Made by a program: the position numbers and the translations under genes. Below the pieces are notes generated by a model. That model worked only from the letters and a program-made list of their open reading frames with translations, did no database searches and was not told the DNA's origin. From contig NC_043000.1 of the NCBI RefSeq assembly GCF_006345805.1, positions 28,272,001-28,336,000 of the forward strand: 64,000 bases of DNA. Direction: 5' to 3'. Each line of letters opens with the position of its first letter. Position 1 is the first letter of the stretch. Shown in pieces: positions 40,562-52,847 of this stretch. The stretch comes from Octopus sinensis (lineage: Eukaryota).

Positions 40562-41068
40562 TTGTGTATGAATATATATCCATCGATGGCGTTAGTGCCA
40601 TGGCTTATTTTCTAGAATGCTCAACTGTCTCACTCGACGGCGAAGCGATGGAATAACATATTCAAGAAACAAGATAGATCACGAGTCAGAAATATTGTGT
40701 AGCCAATTCGATACGTGACAAGAACAATAATTATCATGTCGATTATATTGTCTCCGACTACATTGCCACATAATATCTTCTCATGTATTGTTATAATTCC
40801 CTTAGAAGAGAGATTGGGGAATTATTTGTAGCAATAAGTAAACGAATTTTTGTAGCTTGTTCATTTTGACATGATCCTCGTCATTAAAACATTTCACAGT
40901 GTCCATGCTATTCAAACTGTTTTCGGTGAATGGTTGTCACGTGATTTCAGCCAGCCAGCCGATATGAGATTAACTGACAGACATTTTGGCTTTTCGAATT
41001 AAATTCAAATGGAAAAAGTTTCGAGATGAGAAAAAAAAAGACAAATACACTCACACACAGATATATAT

Positions 41069-41121
<53 letters not shown>

Positions 41122-41123
41122 TA

Positions 41124-41220
<97 letters not shown>

Positions 41221-41240
41221 GTATATATATATTATATATA

Positions 41241-41275
<35 letters not shown>

Positions 41276-41655
41276 GCATATATTATGCAGTCGATTGGTA
41301 TATCGTTGGTTATGGCAGGTCAGAAATTTACCATTGGTTTCGCGTCTAGTCTTGCACTTGGCAACGTAGGCGACTCATCTGACCTGCTGGACAGCAGGTT
41401 ACATATATTCAACGATTATAAAGACAGTGCTTATTAAAATGCATTTCATCTTCACAATTTAATTGAATCAGCATAAAGCATATAATTCTTTTGGGAATGT
41501 CTGTTTTCAGACTGAAGACTATTGTGGACCAGGCATTGCTGAAAACGCAAAGCAATGGAATTGGAAATATCAAAGAACATTTCTTTTGATATTTGTGCTC
41601 TTTCTCAATGGCCACCCTCAAACCGTCGACTGTTGCCGGTTTTGTACCATAAACT

Positions 41656-41841
41656 TTATATTTTAAGTGTCTCCATATTACGTCTAGTGTTCTGAGGTAC
41701 TACAGAATATCTTCGGTCAACGTACTTGTGTGCCAAAATCTCATAAAGGTAGGTATTTACATTATTATGGTAGTGTGGAGAGGTCCCATTTTGCTGTAAC
41801 AAAACCTCCACATTTTTAGTATTGGAGGCTTTACATGACAA
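41656..41841 (-). pseudogene. Tc1/mariner-superfamily transposase fragment
   Basis: LLQQNGTSPHYHNNVNTYLYEILAHKYVDRR resembles the FQQDGAPPH..V..YL..WIGR catalytic region. Confidence 0.55.
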
Positions 41842-41917
41842 ACTGTTCCGTTCATGGGACTAGCCATATTACCGTAAAAGAAGGTTGGCCCCATTAATCA
41901 TTGTTAATTCGCACAAT

Positions 41918-42084
41918 AGGCGCAGGAGTGGCTATGTGGTAAGTAGCTTACTTACCAAACACATGGTTCCGGGTTCAGTCCCACTGCGTGGAAACTTGGG
42001 CAAGTGTCTTCTACTATACCCTCGAGCCGACCAAAGCCTAGTGGGTGAATTTCGTAGATGTAAACTGAAAGAGGTCCGTCGTGC

Positions 42085-42131
<47 letters not shown>

Positions 42132-42410
42132 ATTGTGTGTGTGTGTGTTTGTGTGTGTATGCGCGTGTGTGTGTATGTCTGTGTGCGCGTTTGTGTGTCT
42201 GTGTTTGTCCCACCACCCCACCCCAACATCGCTTGACAACCGATGGTGTTGTGTTTACGTCTCCATAAATAGCGGTTCGACAAAAGAGAACTGATAGAAT
42301 AAGTACTAGGCTTACAAGGAATAAGTCCTGGGGGCGCTTTGTTCGACTAAAGGTATTGCTCCAGCATGGCCACAGGCAAATGACTGAAACAAATGAAAAA
42401 ATAAAAGAAT
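41918..42410 (+). mobile_element. SINE family B, full length
   Basis: ggcgcaggagtggctatgtggtaagtagc head, internal (TA)n(TG)n and tail. Confidence 0.9.
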
Positions 42411-42609
42411 AATAGTAGGTTGACGTGATGTTTATCCATAATATAGAGATTGTCAGATCCCCAACAGGTGCAACTACAACAGTTAAATGAAGCATTCAAT
42501 TTATATGTGACCTCACCACTCCAAACGATCTTTGTGGAAATATGCGTCTTCTACACATCTAGCCAAATACACTAACAATGTTCCACACATCGGTCCAGAT
42601 TATCTTTTT

Positions 42610-43035
42610 AACTCTAGGCACAAGGCCCGAAATTTCTGGGGAAGGGGCCAGTCGATTATATCGACTTCAGTACACAACTGGTACTTAATTTATCGACTCC
42701 CAAAGTATAAAGGGCAAAGTCAACCTCTGCGAAATTTGAACTCAGAACGTAAAGACAGACGAAATACGGCTAGGCATTTCGCCCGGCATGCAAACGTTTA
42801 TTATTTCTTTATTGCCCACAAGGGGCTAAACATAGAGGGGACAAACAAGGACAGACAAAGTGGTTAAGTCGATTATATCGACCCCAGTGTGTAACTGGTA
42901 CTTAATTTATCGACCTCGAAAGGTTGAAAGGCAAAATCAACTTCGACGAAATTTGAACTCAGAACGTAAAGACAGACGAAATACGGCTAAGCATTTCGAC
43001 CGGCGGGCCAACGTTTTTGCCAGCTCACCGCCTTC
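42610..43035 (-). mobile_element. SINE family A tandem pair (one A1 tail, one A2 tail)
   Basis: Two reverse bodies, with tails at 42800-42860 (A1) and 42610-42650 (A2). Confidence 0.85.
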
Positions 43036-43151
43036 GTTCTGGATCATATTGACTCTAACCGAAGAGTAGAGCATAGACCATTCATAGACTGTAATTTCCC
43101 AACGACAGCACTTCAAAATGTGACGGATTCTAGATTTTGAAAATCACTTAC

Positions 43152-43270
43152 CGCATAGATTTCTTTTGTTCGCTGGTTATAGATTTCTAATACCTTTTCT
43201 TGCATTTTGAAACTCGTTGATGTCCGCGCTCTCCCAAAATATCTCGTGTCAACCTTCTGAACAGCTTCAT
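43152..43270 (-). CDS. Candidate internal coding exon of an unidentified gene
   Basis: Acceptor ctttttaacag, an open 119-nt frame (D)EAVQKVDTRYFGRARTSTSFKMQEKVLEIYNQRTKEIYA, and a consensus donor GCG|gtaagt. No homology recognised. Confidence 0.35.
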
Positions 43271-43519
43271 CTGTTAAAAAGCCAAGTTGGTGGATGTGTG
43301 CTCTCAAACCCATACACCTGAAGATGTCCAGGTACACAGCTATCTTTGAATGATGCTAATAAAATAATGCGTATATCTGAAACACTTCGCAATTACCAGC
43401 TGATGCTAATACATATAAGCAATTGTAATGATTTTGATGAAAGCCTGCTCCTTCCATCTTCTTGAATTATATATACATAATTATATATATATTTTTTTTT
43501 TTTTTCTTTGTTCCTTCTG

Positions 43520-43756
43520 AAGGTATGTTTGGCTCATAAGGGCCGGTTTCCCGGTTTCCATGGCGTATAGGTTCCCCACCTGGATCGGACGCCGTTCCGT
43601 CGCAGGTAAGCTGCACGATGCAGGAGGAAAGAGTGAGAGAAAGTTGTGGCGAAACAGTCAGCAGACGTTCGTCAATACCTTCTGCCGGTCCGAGTTTCGA
43701 ACCCGCAATCCCTCGACCGCGAGTTCGCTGCTCCAACCACTAACCCATGTGCCTCC
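43520..43756 (-). mobile_element. SINE family C head with alternative (C2) tail
   Basis: Reverse head ggaggcacatgggttagtggttggagcagcgaactcgcggtcg and tail gaaaccgggaaaccggcccttatgagcc. Confidence 0.8.
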
Positions 43757-43773
43757 ACTATATATATATATAT

Positions 43774-44200
43774 CAAAATCCGATTGAATAATGAGACCAT
43801 ATTGTGTCTTTCTCTTCAGGTTTTGCCATGGGCTCTTAGGAGCCTAGTTCGATTTGCTTTGCTCCGCCTCTGTTCTGTTTTTGTTTTTTCCAACCGATTT
43901 CCTATTTCTTCCTGAAGAGAAAGACACAATATGGTCTCATTATTCAATCGGATTTTGGTAAATTGTGCCTTTCGAAACACGTGTAGAATGAAATAAAACG
44001 ATTTCTGTTCAATCTTCGTTCAGCTCCATTTCTTCAATTCACCAATAATATTTTAATTTCAATTATCCGCACCAACGCACGGTTGCAACACCATATGGTT
44101 GTACCTCCAACCGTGCTGTCTTCTGCTGTGATTTTTGCTACCAAGGTATCGGTTAAACTTTTGATAAATCTGCTACAAGATTATTCATCTTTCTATTCAC

Positions 44201-44202
<2 letters not shown>
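43774..44202 (+). mobile_element. Short ORF-less hammerhead-bearing element with inverted arm (Penelope-like/retrozyme-like)
   Basis: A perfect 47-bp inverted repeat (43774-43820 / 43911-43957), a hammerhead, AATAAA at 43992, and (TA)n on both flanks. Confidence 0.7.
43903..43995 (+). ncRNA. Type I hammerhead ribozyme
   Basis: CUGAAGA (43912-18); helix II GAAAGACACAAU/AUUGUGCCUUUC (11 of 12 pairs); GAAA (43974-77); palindromic helix III ACACGUGU; GUA triplet (43983-85); helix I 3+6 bp with one bulge. Confidence 0.9.
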
Positions 44203-44256
<54 letters not shown>

Positions 44257-44582
44257 CTAACATATACTATACATATATACATATATAATATACATATATA
44301 TATATATATATTATATACATATATATATGCATATGCATATATATACATATATACATATATATACATATATATATGCATATGCATATATATATATATATAT
44401 TATATATTATATACATATATATATAAATACATATATATATATACATATATATATAATATATATATATAATATATATATAAATATATTATATATATATATA
44501 TATATATATAGATATATAATAATATTTATATATATATATATAATATAATATATATATATGTATATATATATGTATATATATA

Positions 44583-44619
<37 letters not shown>

Positions 44620-44678
44620 TATGCATATATATATGTATATATATGTATATAATATATATGCATATGCATATATATATG

Positions 44679-44727
<49 letters not shown>

Positions 44728-44810
44728 TATATATGTATATGTATGTATATATATATATATTACATAATATATGTATATGTATATATATATATATATTATA
44801 TATATGTGTG

Positions 44811-44876
<66 letters not shown>

Positions 44877-44880
44877 TATA
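44203..44880. repeat. ~680-bp interrupted (TA)n array
   Basis: Direct reading. Confidence 0.95.
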
Positions 44881-45410
44881 CACACAAACGCATATATTGG
44901 TTACATGGATGGAGTTTATAAATATTTCAATGCATCGCTATGCGATGTATTCATTGAAGGTGCACCTGATTTGACTAAGGCCAAACCAAAGAACTATACT
45001 ACCCATCCTGAGATTTGCATACTCGATTATCAAAAGATTATCCTCCCTCGCCTTTATAATTCCTATTCATTTCTCTCTTTCTATCACTTTCTACTCCTAC
45101 CCTCGTAATACATAGAACTGTCCACGTACTTCAGTCACTCTTTTCATTGGTCAAAATTAATAGACAACTCCCAGTTATACATCCGCTGCTTCAAACATTA
45201 ATGCCATATCGCTTGAAGAAATGAGTGCATGAACATGATCCACACGTTGTACATATTTCAATTCTAATTTACCCCGGAATATATTTAAAAAGTGAAGGAT
45301 ATGCTTAAGGAATGCCGGTCAATATATATATATATATATATTATATAGAAATAGCCAAATTTTTGGCTGCTATTTCTAAAATTATTTTACTTTACCCTAT
45401 TTTTATAAAG

Positions 45411-45446
<36 letters not shown>

Positions 45447-45589
45447 AATATATTATATATATATATATACATATATATTAACAGAATGAGTTCCAATGGT
45501 GTTTATAATTGGTCATTCCAAGCATAGAGTTTTGTAAACTATGTTATTCGATTCAGGGTTTTATATATATGCCACTGACTTCCAATGCA

Positions 45590-45870
45590 GTTTCTCTCTA
45601 CCAAAGCAACTAATTGTCGGTGCATCGTAAGACATCTCCAGCCTATCTTAGGTTCTTCTGGCGGTATTTGGTGATAAGATCCTTTACTCCGGCTCTTTCT
45701 CTGATCTGTTCGTTTCAAAAGTTATCACTCAAACAGATTCCCCGAATCATCTTTTCATGGATTTTTGCACCGTTGTTAACGGTTGTACCTCCCTCTTGGT
45801 TGTCCCTCGCGTTTCACTTTCATAGGGCAGTGCAGGTAGAACTGTACTGTTGAAGATTTTAAGCGTTTAG
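45590..45870 (-). pseudogene. RTE-clade LINE reverse transcriptase C-terminal fragment
   Basis: STVLPALPYESETRGTTKREVQPLTTVQKSMKR and NEQIRERAGVKDLI..KNLR*AGDVLR. Confidence 0.75.
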
Positions 45871-45959
45871 CTTTGTCGAGGTTATGTTTTCAGCACATCT
45901 TTCGCCGAGTTGTAAGTTTTTGCCAAATACCTACAACAGTAGGTACAGCTCGGAATAGA

Positions 45960-46400
45960 AATCCTAAACGTTCGACTCTCCAGAAAGTCTTACTCCCCTT
46001 ACAAGCATCATCGACAACGATGTGGTGCAAGATTTTTATGGTGAGCTGGAACAAGTTCTAGCCAGCAAATCCACATATAGCGCCGTGATATAATACGTCG
46101 ATGCAAAGGTAGGTAAGGGACGACGAGGTTAACTGAAATGTGGGAGGATTCCGGCTCGGAGAGGGGAAGAGAGAGGAGAGAGATTGATCACCATAGCAGA
46201 AGCAAAATACTTCACATCGGTAACATTCAAGTCAAGATGTAGAAGTGGACCTGCATAGCACCGAATGCAAGAAACCAACGCCACATCGACTACACTCTGG
46301 TCGATAAACGATGAATAATGCAAAATGTCCCAGTGGTAGCGCTGGTCAACACAAAAAGCCTTGTGCGGGCGAAGATATAGGTAAAGAGTTCGGGAACGAT
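45960..46400 (+). pseudogene. RTE-clade LINE apurinic endonuclease fragment
   Basis: VVQDFYGELEQVL, DAKVGKG, EERGERLITIAEAK, KWTCIAPN and HIDYTLVDKR. Confidence 0.75.
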
Positions 46401-46496
46401 CTTAAGGGACTCGATGAAGATCATAACTCACTGATCTACAATTTGAAAAGTTGCTAGAAGAGGGTGAGGGTCGCAGGTCGGTAGGATATGCTAAAG

Positions 46497-46717
46497 CGAG
46501 CTGGCAGAAACGTTAGCACACCGGGCGAAATGCGTAGCCGTATTTCGTCTGCCGCTACGTTCTGAGTTCAAATTCCGCCGAGGTCGACTTTGCCTTTCAT
46601 CCTTTCGAGGTCGATTAAGTAAGTACCAGTTACGCACTGGGGTCGATAAAATCGACTTAATCCGTTTGTCTGTCCTTGTTTGTCCTCTCTGTTTGTCCCT
46701 TGTGGGTAGTAAAGAAA
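46497..46717 (+). mobile_element. SINE family A with ~15-bp TSD
   Basis: taggatatgctaaag (46482-96) and taggatatgcaaaag (46718-32). Confidence 0.9.
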
Positions 46718-47423
46718 TAGGATATGCAAAAGCAAGGGTGTCGGAGCAGACGAAGAAGCTGATGAAAAAAAAAAAGAAACAAGTACCGGAAATAATAATA
46801 ATACAGAAAATATCCATTGAGGGCGATGCCCCAGCATGGCTAAAGTACAAAGACTGAAATAAGTAAACGAAATATAAATACGCCAATTACCTTATACGAA
46901 ATTGCACTCAAGGCATTCATCAAATCACATGTAATAACATGTAATTATATATTATAATTACGAATTAGTATTAATAATTGAAGGTTGCTAGATCGTAATA
47001 CCTTTTCTTGTTATATTTCTATAACTTTGTAGACATATTTTATAACATAACACTCTCTTTATTTCACTATATGATTGCATTCCGTTTCTTTATGTAAAAC
47101 ACTGTCGCAAAATTGATATTCCGTTGATATTCTGTTGATACCAATAACTATCATATTTGTTATGACTATTGAACATGTTAATCTAGTATCTACAACAGCA
47201 AAAGACAGGAGAATGTTATATTCATGCAAGATTTATTTGCTATATTCAGCAGATATGATTCTTGTTCGATTACTATTTTATTTGCAGGACGCCATTTAAA
47301 CAACACTATCATACGGCGATATTGCCCAATAAACAATATTTATATCTCTGTTTTCGTTCTAAGAAACCAATAGTGTCAAAGCCGTATATATGTGAACGTG
47401 TGCATGCATATTTATGTAAACAT

Positions 47424-47465
<42 letters not shown>

Positions 47466-48109
47466 CATACATATATATATATATAAAATACATATATATA
47501 TGCATATATATATAGATATATATATATATATAATAAATATACACGCATATATAATACATATATATATGCATATATATATATATATATATACATATATGCA
47601 TATATATATATACACACACACATATATGTATATGCACATATATATATTTATACATATATATGCATATGCACAAAGGTATAGGCATACACACACACACATA
47701 TATACGTATGTATTTATACACATACATATGTACATAAATTTATACATATATATACGCCAGCGTGTTCTGTGCATGTATGATTATATATCATTTTATCAGA
47801 TATCCTTCCGTATTTCGTTATTCTCTATCTACTTTCCTGTGGTTATTATATTTTAATGTGTATGCCTTGATTTGATGTGTTTTGTGCCATTGTTTATATT
47901 ATATTATATCATATAATATGTGTCGGAATACGACATGTATGTATATCCGTGGTGCCTTTCGGCAAGATTTTGTACCGAAATGCATTCTTGCTGTAATGGA
48001 GAAATATTTCAAATTCTAGCGGAAAGAAATTGAAAGAGACGAAGACAAATAAAAAGTCAAGATAATCGGTTAAAAGGATAGGAATAAACAAATAAATAAA
48101 TAAATAAAC

Positions 48110-48144
<35 letters not shown>

Positions 48145-48172
48145 CATACATACATATATATATATATATATG

Positions 48173-48221
<49 letters not shown>

Positions 48222-48521
48222 TATATATATACATACATACATACATATATATGTGTATTATATTATATATATATATATAATATATAACATATATGTGTGT
48301 GTGTTTATCTGTTTGTCTGTGTATGTGTGTGCGTGTGTTTGTGGGTGTGTTTGTGCGTGTGTTCGTCTGTCATTTTATATACACGCGTAAATACATATTT
48401 TGTGTATATATGATACATACTTCTGTACATACATACATATTTAATACTGTACACAGAATTATACTTTACCAATCTTTCTTTATAAATACACATACACACA
48501 GACACACAGACACACAAACGC

Positions 48522-48552
<31 letters not shown>

Positions 48553-48714
48553 AACATACACACAGACATTCACACACACACACATATATATATAAATATA
48601 AATAACAGAGATCTTGCTTATTTGCTTTTTATTCACCTTACTTTGAGTTGTACAGGCAATACTGGACAGAGTTGGTGCGTCAACTTAAGTACCTTATTCA
48701 ACTGAATTTTAATA

Positions 48715-48763
<49 letters not shown>

Positions 48764-48774
48764 TATATATATAT

Positions 48775-49890
48775 CTTTTATCTTTTATGGGTTTCAACCA
48801 GAGGCTGAGTCCATGCTGGTGCACCGCCTTTCTGTATCCTGGAATTTTTGCAGGATTGCTTCTGGTGCAGTAGCGAGTTGGACGTTGCCGCTCTTCTTTG
48901 TGCCTCCTGCCGCAATGTGGGTTCATCCGGAATTGCAGATAAAAGCTGTCTAAACGTTTTTTTAAGACTTTCATGTCTACAACTTGCAGATCCCTTACGT
49001 TCTGTGGTAGGACTTTAAAAAGTTATGGTCGTCTGAATCCGAAGCCATTGCAAAATTGGGTTCGTATCCTCGATGGACCTTTGATATTGTGCAGAGCTGT
49101 CAATTTCGGGGATCGTTGCAGATTTCAATTCCGAAATTTGGAGCCAGACCCTCCATTATTTTCCAGATGTAGAGCACTGTATATCCTTCACGACTCCTCT
49201 CCAGTGAATAGAGTCCCAGTACCCTCAATCTCTTCCGGTAACCCATGTGTTTTACTGAGTCTATCTTCTTTGTGAAATGGCGTTGGATCGCTTCTAGTTT
49301 CGCAATTAGTTTTACACTCTGTGGGATCCACAGTTGAGAGCAGTTGTCCAGACAACTGAGGACGAAGCTTCTCCAAAGCAAAAGCATTGTGTCTCTGTTC
49401 CTGGTTCTGAAGGATCTAAGGATCCAACCTGCCACCCGCCTGCATAGTGTTGCCATCTGAGCAATATGTTCATGGAAATTTGCATCGTCGCTCATGTGGA
49501 TTCCCAAGTAACAAACTGCTTCTAACTCAGGGACTACGTTGCCTGCTGGTCTCGTGTACTTCAGCTGTAGTTTTTTTGTGGGCTGACAGCAGAGTGCTTG
49601 GATTTTTGCCCCATTGAACTGCATATTCTCATCAGCCCATTTATATATTGTGTTCAGGTCTTAGGAAGTCAGTAGGATCTTTGACCGCCTGCGATACTTT
49701 TGTATCATCGGCGCAGCTGATGAGTGCGGATGACTTTATGGGTGAGAGCATGTCCAAGAGAGCAACCACAAACAGCAGTGGACCCTGCACTATTCCCTGG
49801 GGGTATCCACAGAAGATTGGTGTTTCTTCAGAGGGAGCACCATTTGCTGTGACAGCCTGACTTCTGCCCCTTAGGAAATCATGCAGCTGA
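48775..49890 (-). pseudogene. CR1-like LINE, 5'-truncated, RT region to 3' tail
   Basis: LHDFLRGRSQAV..GYPQGIVQGPLLF..CADDTKV..MQFNGAK..YLGIHMSDD..GWILRSFRTR..LEAIQRHFTKKI..LGLYSLERSR; tail taaaagataaaaga. Confidence 0.9.
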
Positions 49891-50346
49891 CATACACTAT
49901 TACAACAACAAACAGTGAAAAAGTCACCATCAGAAGGGTGACATTAATCAATGTTGTTGATTCAGAATTTATTGAGGTCTTGGATTGAGTCAGGTCTTGA
50001 ATGAAACAGAACAAAGAGAAATACTACCATCCTTAAATCAGCTGAATAAATGAACATCCTTAAAATATGCAGAATGAATAGCAAATAATGCCAACACCAC
50101 CACAAACACCACCATCCCCATGTTACCACCATTCCTTCCTTTACTACCACCACTTGCCTCCTCCTCCTCCTCCTCCTACCAATTACATACAGAAATTCTC
50201 ACAAAGGTATTACGATCTAGCAACCTTCTCACTGGCCTTCATACTTTCAAGAAGGGGTAAACATCCCTCTGTGATTCATCCAATTATACAGTATCACCTG
50301 ATGAAATGGATCAATGATGCTGCCCACGGATAATACGGATTATACT

Positions 50347-50417
50347 GTACAAATCCTGAGGATGCCGACTCTGGTGCCGAAATCATCTGATCTGTGGAAA
50401 CGTACGTAGCGATGTAT
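50347..50417 (+). ncRNA. Type I hammerhead ribozyme, probably decayed
   Basis: CUGAGGA (50356-62), GAAA (50397-400), palindrome ACGUACGU and GUA (50406-08). Helices I and II are imperfect. Confidence 0.55.
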
Positions 50418-50619
50418 TAAATATTTATAAATTCCATCCTGGTATTTTTCCTCTTCTTCTTCTGATCATCAAATGAATGGGGAATAGATAGGGAAAGAAA
50501 AGAGGTTAGAATGAGTTCCAAAGTTAGGAATTAAAAAGGTGAGGGTATTTGTGTGGCAGAATGAATTTTGAGAAAAAATGTATAACTAAAGGGTTTATAT
50601 GTGCGTTTATGAATGGACG

Positions 50620-50745
50620 GATGGATGGACGGACGGATGGATGGATGGATGGATGGATGGATGGATGGATGGATGGATGGATGGAGGAAGGAAGGGATGA
50701 ACGGATGGACGGATAGGTGGTTGGGTGGATGGCTGGATGAATGTT
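50620..50745. repeat. (GGAT)n microsatellite
   Basis: Direct reading. Confidence 0.9.
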
Positions 50746-50969
50746 TGACTGGTTTACGTTTTCACATTTTCCACCATCGAAGAAAGATCCAGTTTCTAGT
50801 CTAGAAACTGGATTCAGTGGAATATAAACAATACCGAATAGATGTGTATGCACGTATATGTCTATACGTGTATGCATATATATGTCTATACAGATGTTTA
50901 TATACGCATATGTCTATACGCCTGTCTGCATGTGCATATATAACCATATGCCCTTGTATACACACATAT

Positions 50970-51050
50970 GTTGGTTGTTGGTTGGTTGGTTGGCATCCTT
51001 TCTGTCTTGGGAGACAATGGAGTTGCGCATAAAGTAGTCTAGTCCGGCTT
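50970..51050 (-). mobile_element. Isolated retroposon 3' tail (same as 33650-33700)
   Basis: The minus strand reads ttatgcgcaactccattgtctcccaagacagaaaggatgcc(aacc)n. Confidence 0.7.
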
Positions 51051-51339
51051 TTATATTTCATGTCCTGATACATTTCCTGCTGTGGCTGTGTAGTCCTATC
51101 CTGGACAAAATGCTGCTGCTGCTGCTGCTGCTGCTGTTGCTGCTGCCATAACTACTGCTATTACCACTGCCTCTGCTACTGCTGATAGTGATATTGCTGC
51201 TGCTACTACAACACACATATCTATATGCACGTATATATATACACTTATATATATATATGTGTGTATACACGTATATATATGTAAAACAGGAATGGCATTG
51301 CATACGTGGATCTAATTACATGTTGAGCTTCTTGAATAT

Positions 51340-52480
51340 TTTACATATCTTTACAATACATTTAATAACTTGTATCTACAGTCGTCTAAATAAGCGTATT
51401 CTTTCTGTTTTTTGTATCTCAATCATCCAAAGATCGACACCGAAGCAATTTGTCACGTAGGCTTGTGCTCCGATAATTCTTTTTTTATAGAAATCTTATG
51501 TTATAATACAGATTGATTAACAGCAGATTTTTCACCCTTTCTGCATAGATTTTTCCTGTACTATTAACTTTTAACAATTATGTTGACATCTACTGAGCTA
51601 CGCGTACCAAGTATTGCGCATAGCTTCTCTGTTTTCTTTTCATCCATGACCTTTATACTGATCTGTTGTGCCAGAAATTTATTGAAGTGTTGATAGGGAC
51701 ATTTCACTGATATTCTTATGAATAATGAGAGGTTATGCCCTCCATGTCACTGTAGTGTCTTACATTTGTATCTTCTGTAGTTTTCATCGCATCGTGTTCT
51801 ACCCTCAATGCCATATCTTATAGGTAGGTATCTATGAAAGGACATTTTCGGACAGCTGCTTATTATGTGGGTGGCATCGTCAGTGTAAATTCCACAGAAC
51901 TTGCATCGTTCGGCGTACCTACGAGCTTTATATGCACCCTATCCCTTGTTGCGCATCCTGTCTTTAGTACCAATTTCCAGCTTCGGTATGATGAAAGCAT
52001 ATCCTTCGAAATCTTCTGTTCGTTAGTTCAGGATACACTACTTTGTGTGACAATGTTGTGGTTACTTTGAAACCCCCAGAGAATAGAGCTATGCATGGTA
52101 TTTTACTTGTATGCATGTAACTCTCTTCTGTTGAGCTGTTGCGGGTGAGTTGTGTAATGTTTCTGGGTCTTTAGTCAGGAAATAGTTTTTAAAAAGCTTA
52201 ACATAGGTTGACTTAATCCAGCCCAGGACATCGATGACTGGTGATGAGAAAATATTGTCAAAGAGAATTCGTGACATCCAAATCTGAACAAACGCTAAGC
52301 ATCTGCCACCTTGTTTTCGTTCTAAACAGATGGATGGGATTTATACCTACTGATCATCACGAAATTCTTAATGTGGGTTAACAAATTTTGGATTTTATCA
52401 TCAATAAAATTGATTTCATCTAGTGTCCAATCAAATGGCTCAAACATCAGTTTGAACTCTGGTGCGGCAAATACATTTTA
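51340..52480 (-). pseudogene. R4/Dong-like (RLE) retrotransposon fragment
   Basis: FDWTLDEINFIDDKIQNLLT, LERKQGGR, CKFCGIYTDDATHIISSCPKMSFHRYLPIR and IIGAQAYV. Confidence 0.75.
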
Positions 52481-52789
52481 GGTTATACATTTATAGAGTA
52501 CGGGAGTTCAAAAGAATACGTATGATATGTATGAATTCTGATAAACATTGTTTGTGAGTTGTTTATTAGAGGCTCCTGTATATTATGTTGTGTGTATGTA
52601 TATGTCTGCAAGAATTTTGAAAAATAAATACCTTCAAAGCTCAGAATATAATATATAATATATAATATATAATATATTTAGTGTATATACAAGATCATTT
52701 AATAACCGCAAACTGCCAGAATGTACAACTTTACTGAACAAGTTATGCCCAAACCCACATACATATTCATATACATATATATATATATA

Positions 52790-52847
<58 letters not shown>

